A stretch of 11,759 nt of DNA from UHGV virus genome UHGV-1580179, one strand, 5' to 3'. A program made the translations under genes and the position numbers. Source of the DNA: a virus. This document shows positions 1-6,566 of the stretch, in pieces. The notes beneath the pieces are model-generated. The model ran no database searches, was not told the DNA's origin, and saw only the letters and a list, made by a program, of their open reading frames with translations. Each line of letters starts with the position of its first letter. Positions within the stretch are counted from its first letter, which is position 1.

Positions 1-43
1 ATATTCACCGCCCTGGTGAGTAGTGCGTCCTGCTGATGTGTTT

Positions 44-106
44 AGTATCACCGCCAGTGGTATTTATGTCAACACCGCCAGAGATAATTTATCACCGCAG
101 ATGGTT
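44..106 (-). promoter_or_regulatory. pL promoter with OL1-OL2-OL3 operators (lambda-type)
   Basis: OL1 tatcaccgccagtggta 46-62, OL2 caacaccgccagagata 70-86, OL3 tatcaccgcagatggtt 90-106 match the lambda operator 17-mers from memory. On the minus strand, -35 TTGACA (67-72) and -10 GATACT (44-49) are separated by 17 nt. Transcription would exit the window leftward. Confidence 0.9.
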
Positions 107-261
107 ATCTGTATGTTTTTTATATAGATTTATTTTTTTGCAGGGGTGTGTGGCTTGGGAGGTGATCGAGAGATCTGAATTGCGATGTTTAGTGAGTTGT
201 ATCTATTAATTTTCAAATAAATACAATTGGTTATGTGTTATTGGGTGAAGGGGATCGTGAG

Positions 262-291
262 GCAAAGAAAACCCGGCACTGGGGCCGGGTT
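262..291 (-). terminator. Intrinsic terminator downstream of the ParA-like gene (position analogous to lambda t-imm)
   Basis: On the minus strand an 8-bp GC-rich stem (270-277 pairs with 284-291, core cccggc/gccggg, 6-nt loop) is followed by a U-tract (plus-strand caaagaaaa 262-270). It lies directly 3' of the gene ending at 299. Confidence 0.6.
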
Positions 292-298
292 GGTTGAT

Positions 299-1321
299 TT
301 ATAGTTTAACCACCATCCTATCAATGGCTTCTAAGCAAGATTGTTTATATGGGGCATTAACTTTTACCCTTCTGTTCATAACTCGTACACTACCTGTTGG
401 TAGGATCGAAAATGGACATCCTTTAGCAAAGGCAACAACACCAGTTGTCTGAAAATCTTTAATATTTACCACTCCCTCTTCAATATTTTCGAAGTCGAAA
501 ATTTCAGGGTTACTTAGTAATAGTTGCTGAATATCATTATCGATTGATTTTAGAACTGCGGCATAGGCTGATGCAGGCCCCATATACTGTGTAAGACGGT
601 TTTTTGCGATCATATGAACTTTGGGTAGTGGTCTGCTCACCGCGGTAAGTTTGTTTGCAAATGCGTAGGATGCATAAATATCAGATGGCAACTTTAATCC
701 ATAAATCAAAGAGAAAGCATTTTGAATGGCGCGACGAGAGGAATCATCAGCCATAACTGGCAAGATGAGCTTTTCTACAGCAGCTAATGCTATTTGAGTA
801 TAAATTGAAAAACTAGGATTACAGTCAATAAATAAAACATCGTACTCATCATTTAGATCTTTAATAAGATCATTAATCCAATCAATGATGCTTACCCATG
901 CATTTGTTCCTGGAATCTGCTGATTAGCAAGAGTGTTGATGGCGTTTGCTTGAAGCTCAAGAAGCGGGTCACCGCATACCAACGATATATTGGCTGGAAT
1001 ATGTTCGTTGAATTTTTTTGGGTGTGTCAAATAATCGTGGGCATCAACAATGGGTTTTTGATAAGGCGTCGGGAGGCGCATTTGGAAGTAGCCACCCAAA
1101 GTACATCTATTATTTATATCATGCCTAGTCAATAAGTTTATGCTTCCATTACCTATTAACCCCCCAAGAAAAAGCTCTGACAAGTTTGCCTGTGGGCACA
1201 CATCAATAACCAACACGCGCTCAAGCGGGTGAATTTCTGCATATCTGCAAATAGCTTGAAATGACAGGCTTGTTTTCCCTGTTCCTCCCTTGTTGTTCCA
1301 TATAGCATATTTCTTCATCAT
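299..1321 (-). CDS. Orphan ParA/MinD-family P-loop ATPase (340 aa) with ~90-aa C-terminal extension of unknown function
   Basis: Deviant Walker A KGGTGKTS near the N-terminus (MMKKYAIWNNKGGTGKT); ParA-type RVLVIDVCPQANLS motif; Walker B-like YDVLFIDCNPS. Start chosen at ATG 1321 (tandem ATG at 1318) with AGGAG 7 nt upstream; the ORF-track start at 1393 is a GTG without an RBS. Occupies the cI-to-OL slot where lambda has rexA-rexB. AT-rich relative to neighbours. Confidence 0.8.
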   Translation of the reverse strand: MMKKYAIWNNKGGTGKTSLSFQAICRYAEIHPLERVLVIDVCPQANLSELFLGGLIGNGSINLLTRHDINNRCTLGGYFQMRLPTPYQKPIVDAHDYLTHPKKFNEHIPANISLVCGDPLLELQANAINTLANQQIPGTNAWVSIIDWINDLIKDLNDEYDVLFIDCNPSFSIYTQIALAAVEKLILPVMADDSSRRAIQNAFSLIYGLKLPSDIYASYAFANKLTAVSRPLPKVHMIAKNRLTQYMGPASAYAAVLKSIDNDIQQLLLSNPEIFDFENIEEGVVNIKDFQTTGVVAFAKGCPFSILPTGSVRVMNRRVKVNAPYKQSCLEAIDRMVVKL

Positions 1322-1357
1322 AAACTCCTGGTTAACGATGTCATTGCTGGTTAATGT

Positions 1358-1435
1358 TTTACCATTGGTAAAGTGGTGCACCAAGAGTGACACGGTAAAC
1401 CAAATAGATCAAGACTTATGGTAAACGATTTACCA
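1358..1435. repeat. Two perfect palindromes sharing half-site TGGTAAA, plus one extra half-site, in the cI-ParA intergenic region
   Basis: tttaccaTtggtaaa 1358-1372 and tggtaaaCGAtttacca 1419-1435, with a single GGTAAACC half-site at 1394-1401. Centres are about 62 bp apart, immediately upstream of the ParA-like start. Confidence 0.6.
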
Positions 1436-1489
1436 GTGGTGACATCGATAACCGAAAAAGACTGCATTTCTGCAGCCTGTTTCACACAA

Positions 1490-2206
<717 letters not shown>

Positions 2207-2209
2207 TTA

Positions 2210-2279
2210 AATCTATCACCGCAAGGGATAAATATCTAACACCGTGCGTGTTGACTATTTTACCTCTAGCGGTGATAAT
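2210..2279. promoter_or_regulatory. OR3-OR2-OR1 operators with divergent pRM (minus) and pR (plus) promoters
   Basis: OR3 tatcaccgcaagggata 2214-2230, OR2 taacaccgtgcgtgttg 2237-2253, OR1 tacctctagcggtgata 2261-2277. pR -35 TTGACT 2251-2256 and -10 GATAAT 2274-2279 (17-nt spacer). pRM on the minus strand: -10 TAGATT (plus 2210-2215) and -35 TAGATA (plus 2233-2238). Confidence 0.9.
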
Positions 2280-2294
2280 GGTTGCATGTACTAA

Positions 2295-2504
<210 letters not shown>

Positions 2505-2511
2505 GTAACAC

Positions 2512-2557
2512 CGCTATTTTCACAATGGACATTCGTCCTACGTCGCTGACAAAGCGA
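2512..2557 (+). promoter_or_regulatory. Putative nutR site: boxA-like element plus boxB hairpin with P22-type GACAA loop
   Basis: boxA-like cgctattttcacaa 2512-2525 (compare the CGCTCTTTAACAA family). boxB candidate tcgctGACAAagcga 2543-2557 has a 5-bp stem and a GACAA loop, resembling P22 boxB rather than lambda GCCCTGAAAAAGGGC. Position between cro and cII matches nutR. Confidence 0.4.
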
Positions 2558-2631
2558 GCCCCAAGATATCTGACCAACTAAGGCCATATGCGTTTCCACG
2601 CATACCTTTCAACTAACTATTCACTATTGGA

Positions 2632-2664
2632 AAATTAACAAATGACACAAGCAAGTTATAGCAA
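2632..2664 (-). promoter_or_regulatory. pRE-like promoter with CII-binding TTGC-N6-TTGC direct repeat
   Basis: Plus strand GCAAgttataGCAA (2651-2664) equals minus-strand TTGC-N6-TTGC, lying inside the first codons of the cII-like gene exactly as in lambda. A -10-like TAATTT sits 13 nt downstream on the minus strand (plus 2632-2637). Confidence 0.55.
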
Positions 2665-2941
2665 GCCAACACAGCGAGAAATTGATCGCGCAGAAACAGA
2701 TTTACTTATCAATCTGTCAGCTATTACCCAGCGCGGTCTGGCAAAGATGATTGGCTGTCATGAATCGAAGATAAGCAGAACGGACTGGAGATTTATTGCT
2801 TCGGTCTTGTGTGCTTTCGGAATGGCATCAGACATCAGTCCGATTAGCAGGGCTTTTAAGTATGCGCTTGATGGACTCACCAATAAAAAACGCCCGGTGT
2901 GCAAGACCGAGCGTTCTGAACAAATCCAGATGGAATTTTAA
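2642..2941 (+). CDS. cII: CII-like transcriptional activator (99 aa; divergent N-terminus, lambda-like C-terminus)
   Basis: C-terminal ...LTNKKRPVCKTERSEQIQMEF closely matches the lambda CII C-terminus (TNKKRP..TERSEQIQMEF). Position after cro/nutR; contains the pRE repeat at codons 3-8. Confidence 0.75.
   Translation: MTQASYSKPTQREIDRAETDLLINLSAITQRGLAKMIGCHESKISRTDWRFIASVLCAFGMASDISPISRAFKYALDGLTNKKRPVCKTERSEQIQMEF
2882..2913 (-). terminator. oop-like antisense RNA terminator overlapping the cII 3' end
   Basis: On the minus strand an 8-bp stem (cgcucggu/accgggcg, one G-U pair) is followed by UUUUUUAUUG (plus 2882-2890). Same location and shape as the lambda oop terminator; no convincing oop promoter was identified. 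Confidence 0.45.
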
Positions 2942-2963
2942 CAACATCCAGCGAGGTAATTAT

Positions 2964-3107
2964 ATGCGAAAAACGCAGGAAAATAAACGCGTTAATCACC
3001 GAAAAGATGTGCTACGTGACCAGTTTTATCAGGGGGTTAATCCAGCAATAGCTGTGCCACTGAGAGAAATACTTAACATGTACAAAACTTCGGAGAAGTC
3101 AAAATGA
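2964..3107 (+). CDS. Small basic hypothetical protein (47 aa), translationally coupled to the replication initiator
   Basis: ATG at 2964 with GAGGT RBS 6 nt upstream; stop overlaps the next start in ATGA at 3104-3107. Translation MRKTQENKRVNHRKDVLRDQFYQGVNPAIAVPLREILNMYKTSEKSK. No recognisable domain. Confidence 0.45.
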   Translation: MRKTQENKRVNHRKDVLRDQFYQGVNPAIAVPLREILNMYKTSEKSK

Positions 3108-3880
3108 GCATGAATCTTATGGCTAAGGCCATGAATATAAAGGTTGGCAACCCACTGAGAAAACTGGTTCTGATTAAACTTGCCGATAACGCCAATGATA
3201 ATGGCGAATGCTGGCCTTCATATCAACATGTCGCTGACCAGTGTGAGGTGAGCAGATCGACAGTAAAAAGTCACATTAGGGCACTGGAAGAGATGGGGCT
3301 TTTGAAAAGGGAATTCAGAAGAAAAGGAGAGCTTAACCAGTCAAACGTTTTTTATCTGACGCTGGATAATGCACAACAAATCCAGCCAGAATCAGGTGGG
3401 GCAGGAGCTGCCCGGGGTGGGGCAGGAGCTGCCCTAGGGGGTGGGGCAGGAACTGCCCCCAGAACCTATCACTCTTTTGAACCAGTCAATGAACCTAAAA
3501 ACATTATGTTCGAACATGTCCGAACGGAGTGTGAAAAAACTCCTGACCGTCACGAAGAAACCGACAAGGCATTCGAGGAAATATTCTGGTGTGCAGGCAT
3601 GCGGAAAGCCGGGAAGAAAAACGCAGCTTCGGCATTCAGAACACAGTTCAGGGAATGGCGTAAAACTACCAGGGGTACGGCAAGCGAGTTTGCCACGATG
3701 CTGGCAGAAGACATCGCATGCAGGAGTGGTAAGCAGTTCGGATTCGACAGGTTGTTACCATCGAGCTACCTGAACGGTCAACGCTGGAACGACGAGAAGC
3801 CAGAAACTATTCAACCGCAACCCAAACCATCATCCGCAATCACCGTATCGAAAACTGGCTACGTGTTTTTCGACAGGTGA
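3104..3880 (+). CDS. Putative replication initiator / origin-binding protein (258 aa; N-terminal winged-HTH, internal Gly/Ala linker encoded by iterons)
   Basis: N-terminal HTH-like segment (CWPSYQHVADQCEVSRSTVKSHIRALEEMGLLKRE). The ori-type iterons lie inside the ORF as in lambda O. Gene sits between cII and the primase-helicase. Confidence 0.6.
   Translation: MSMNLMAKAMNIKVGNPLRKLVLIKLADNANDNGECWPSYQHVADQCEVSRSTVKSHIRALEEMGLLKREFRRKGELNQSNVFYLTLDNAQQIQPESGGAGAARGGAGAALGGGAGTAPRTYHSFEPVNEPKNIMFEHVRTECEKTPDRHEETDKAFEEIFWCAGMRKAGKKNAASAFRTQFREWRKTTRGTASEFATMLAEDIACRSGKQFGFDRLLPSSYLNGQRWNDEKPETIQPQPKPSSAITVSKTGYVFFDR
3395..3458. repeat. Three 19-bp iterons with internal dyad symmetry (putative phage replication origin)
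   Basis: ggtggggcaggagctgccc at 3395-3413 and 3416-3434, and ggtggggcaggaactgccc at 3440-3458. Each contains the near-palindrome GGGCAG-N-CTGCCC. Followed by a moderately AT-rich stretch. Confidence 0.7.
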
Positions 3881-3990
3881 ACCATGAGATCCAGAATCAA
3901 ATCGTTACTTATCGCTGGCTATAACCATGGCTGGCTTAGTTCTGCATTCGTTGAGTTCTGGTTTAACCGTCTCGATCTGAGGTCAGCGTA

Positions 3991-5871
3991 ATGACTCCAA
4001 GTGAACTGAGCGACCTGCTTTGGGCGCAGGTTGACAGGGTGGCTCCGCACCTGTTGCCAAACGGCAAGAAAGAGGGGCATGAGTGGGTTGCCGGTAATGT
4101 CAACGGTGACAAGGGAAACAGCCTTAAGGTCAACCTTAGCGGCAAGAAAAAATGGGCTGATTTCGCCGAGGGAGACGGCGGTGACATGCTTGATTTGTGG
4201 ATGGCATGTCGTGGAATTAACCTGCATCAGGCTATGCAGGAAGCGAAAGCATTTCTCGGTATCAAGGATGACGATCACCATTTCGATGCCAGACGTGAGA
4301 AAAAATTCTCCAGACCTGATCGCAAGAAAATCGCCCGCTACGTTACCAGAACAGAATCCCATCTTGAGTACCTGCAATCGCGTGGCATATCGCCAGAAAT
4401 CGTAAAGCGCTACGAGGTTGTCAGCGGCAAGGTGTGGAATGGAGAGCGGGAACTGGATGCTCTGGTGATTCCGTACAAACGCGATGGTGAGTTGTTGCAG
4501 GTCAAGCGAATCAGCACTGAGCGCCCGGACGGGAAGAAAGTCATTATGGCAGAAGGTGATTGCGAACCTTGCCTGTTCGGATGGCAGGCTCTGGACGCTG
4601 GCGTGAGGGCGGTTGTACTTTGCGAAGGCGAAATTGATTGTATGAGCTATGCGCAATACGGCATCTCGGCGTTATCCGTACCGTTTGGTGGAGGGAAAGG
4701 CGCTAAGCAACAGTGGATTGAGTTTGAGTATCACAACCTCGACAGGTTTGAGGAAATATTCATCTCGATGGACGTTGATGATGTTGGTCGTGAAGCCGCA
4801 AGGGAAATCGCAAGCCGACTCGGTGAACATCGTTGCCGTCTTGTTACTCTGCCGTGCAAAGACATCAACGAATGCCTGATGAACGGTGTTACCGAGGATG
4901 AAATCTGGCAGTACATCGGCACGGCATCCTACTTCGATCCTGAAGAACTCTACAGCGCGCGAGAGTTTTACCAGGACACTATCAACGCTTTCTACGGCAA
5001 GCAGCAGTATCTGTTTAATCCACCGTGGGAATCTCTGGCAGATAAATTCCAGTTCCGTGAGGCAGAGTTGACGCTGGTCAATGGTGTGAACGGTCACGGA
5101 AAAACGGAGGTTGTCGGGCATATGGCACTTGAGGCAATGCGTCAGGGTGTGAAGACGTGCATCGCGTCACTTGAGCTGAAGCCTGGTATTCTCCTTAAGC
5201 GCCTTACCCGTCAGGCGACGTGCTGCAAGATGCCGCCAGTGCTGGAAATTGACTCTGCATTTAAATTTTATGACGAAAGACTTTGGGTGTTTGGCCTGAC
5301 CGGAACGGCGAAAGCCGACAGGCTGATCGAAATATTCGACTACGCTCGCCGCCGATACGGGATCCAGTTATTCATCATCGACAGCCTGATGAAATGTGGC
5401 ATAGGCGACGATGACTATAACGGGCAGAAGGCGTTTGTTGACTCGATTTGCGACTTCAAAAACAAAACAAACTCCCACGTCATTCTCGTTACTCACTCGC
5501 GAAAAGGAGACAGCGAAGAAAAACCAACCGGGAAAATGGACGTAAAAGGCTCTGGAGCGATAACAGACCTGACAGACAACCTTTTCATCATCTGGCGTAA
5601 CAAGGCTCGCGAGAGAGCGTTACAGAGAGTTCAGAGTGGTGAAAAGATGTCAGAGAAGGACGAACAGCTACTGGCATCTCCGGCATCTGTTTTGATGCTT
5701 GAAAAACAACGTAACGGCGAAGGTTGGGAAGGTGGTGTCCCGTTGTTCCTTGACGAGCAATCGCACCAGTTCCTGCAACTTGAATCAGGATCGCCATATA
5801 GCTACATCGCCAATATGCCGAAATCGGAATATGACGAGGCGTGGCGACAGGAAAACGTGACGGAGTATTAA
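3991..5871 (+). CDS. Bifunctional DNA primase / replicative helicase (626 aa; TOPRIM plus DnaB/SF4-like ATPase)
   Basis: TOPRIM-like acidic motif ...AVVLCEGEIDCMSYAQYGI...FISMDVDDVGREAA. Walker A LVNGVNGHGKTE and Walker B-like LFIIDSLMK in the C-terminal half. ATG 3991 is preceded by GAGG. Confidence 0.8.
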   Translation: MTPSELSDLLWAQVDRVAPHLLPNGKKEGHEWVAGNVNGDKGNSLKVNLSGKKKWADFAEGDGGDMLDLWMACRGINLHQAMQEAKAFLGIKDDDHHFDARREKKFSRPDRKKIARYVTRTESHLEYLQSRGISPEIVKRYEVVSGKVWNGERELDALVIPYKRDGELLQVKRISTERPDGKKVIMAEGDCEPCLFGWQALDAGVRAVVLCEGEIDCMSYAQYGISALSVPFGGGKGAKQQWIEFEYHNLDRFEEIFISMDVDDVGREAAREIASRLGEHRCRLVTLPCKDINECLMNGVTEDEIWQYIGTASYFDPEELYSAREFYQDTINAFYGKQQYLFNPPWESLADKFQFREAELTLVNGVNGHGKTEVVGHMALEAMRQGVKTCIASLELKPGILLKRLTRQATCCKMPPVLEIDSAFKFYDERLWVFGLTGTAKADRLIEIFDYARRRYGIQLFIIDSLMKCGIGDDDYNGQKAFVDSICDFKNKTNSHVILVTHSRKGDSEEKPTGKMDVKGSGAITDLTDNLFIIWRNKARERALQRVQSGEKMSEKDEQLLASPASVLMLEKQRNGEGWEGGVPLFLDEQSHQFLQLESGSPYSYIANMPKSEYDEAWRQENVTEY

Positions 5872-5902
5872 ATGACCATCTACATTACTGAGCTAATAAC
5901 AG

Positions 5903-5930
5903 GGGCTATTTACACAGTAGCCCTTTTTTA
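5903..5930 (+). terminator. Intrinsic terminator after the primase-helicase gene
   Basis: Stem gggcta (5903-5908) pairs with tagccc (5918-5923), followed by tttttt (5924-5929). Confidence 0.55.
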
Positions 5931-5956
5931 TTGGATTAAGAACGAGGGGGATCCTG

Positions 5957-6169
5957 ATGGACACCGTTAACGGAATGTGTTCAGACGCACCGCGTGCCAA
6001 GAAATGTAAATGCGGAAAATCACCGACAATATTCGACATGGAGAACGGGTGCCAAATCTACTGCGCTAACCACGCTGCTGTGGCGGCCGCGAATTATCGC
6101 AGTGCGGTAACGGAGTGGAATAACCTGAAATCTGTTAGAGAGGGAAGTCATGAAAAAACTAACCTTTGA
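5957..6169 (+). CDS. Small Cys-rich hypothetical protein (70 aa; possible zinc ribbon)
   Basis: GAGGGGG RBS upstream of ATG 5957. Cys pairs in MCSDAPRAKKCKCGKS...NGCQIYCANH. Overlaps the ninB start by about 20 nt. Confidence 0.5.
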   Translation: MDTVNGMCSDAPRAKKCKCGKSPTIFDMENGCQIYCANHAAVAAANYRSAVTEWNNLKSVREGSHEKTNL

Positions 6170-6566
6170 AATTCGATCCCCAGCACATCAGCAAAACGCT
6201 ATTCACGCAGTACAGCAAATCCTTCCAGACCCAACCAAGCCAATCGTAGTGATCATTCAGGAGCGCAACCGCAGCATTCGGCAAAATGCACGCCTTCACG
6301 CGATGCTATCTGAAATAAGTAAGAAGGCTACATATCATGGAAAAGCAAGAAATATTGAGTTTTGGAAGGGGTTATTCGTTTCTGGTTGGCAGATTGCAAC
6401 CAATCAGCACCCTGAGATTATATCAGGGTTAGAAGGTGAGCTAATAAACATCAGAGAGAGTACGGCGACTCTATCTGTAAAAAAAATATCCGAAATAATG
6501 GACTACATAGAAGCATATTGTGCCATGAACTCAATTCATCTTAGCGAATGGAGGAATTATGATTGA
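6150..6566 (+). CDS. ninB: NinB-family recombination protein (138 aa)
   Basis: The first ~36 aa (MKKLTFEIRSPAHQQNAIHAVQQILPDPTKPIVV.IQERNRS) match lambda NinB as I recall it; the remainder is divergent but collinear. GAGGGA RBS. Confidence 0.8.
   Translation: MKKLTFEIRSPAHQQNAIHAVQQILPDPTKPIVVIIQERNRSIRQNARLHAMLSEISKKATYHGKARNIEFWKGLFVSGWQIATNQHPEIISGLEGELINIRESTATLSVKKISEIMDYIEAYCAMNSIHLSEWRNYD

Noticed and set aside
299-1321. Plasmid-type partition system (ParAB-parS)
   Set aside because: No ParB-like gene is adjacent (a terminator and OL follow directly), and the element is an integrative lambdoid prophage. The ParA-like gene is therefore treated as an orphan moron, not a partition locus.
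1322-1393. ORF-track N-terminal extension of the ParA-like gene (start at 1393)
   Set aside because: Position 1391-1393 is a GTG with no Shine-Dalgarno sequence, whereas ATG 1321 has AGGAG at optimal spacing and places the Walker A motif at the usual distance from the N-terminus.
2210-2279. Engineered lambda or lambda vir sequence
   Set aside because: Differences from lambda are scattered across several modules (CI substitutions, a different N/nut system, different replication and lysis genes), which fits a natural mosaic prophage better than a laboratory construct. The single OR1 change is not assigned to any named mutation.
3395-3458. Possible CRISPR array
   Set aside because: Only three near-identical 19-bp repeats with 2-5 bp between them and no spacers, located inside a replication gene; these are origin iterons.
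3441-3773. 110-aa plus-strand ORF
   Set aside because: An alternative frame entirely inside the replication initiator gene; no start signals.
3919-4656. 245-aa ORF on the minus strand
   Set aside because: Lies entirely antisense to the well-supported primase-helicase gene, has no RBS and no recognisable motifs. Treated as a shadow ORF; the nested 3963..4187 minus ORF and 4031..4405 plus ORF likewise.
4672-5121. 149-aa minus-strand ORF (and 4731..4922 minus, 4649..4879 plus, 4886..5071 plus)
   Set aside because: All overlap the primase-helicase coding frame and show no independent start signals or motifs.
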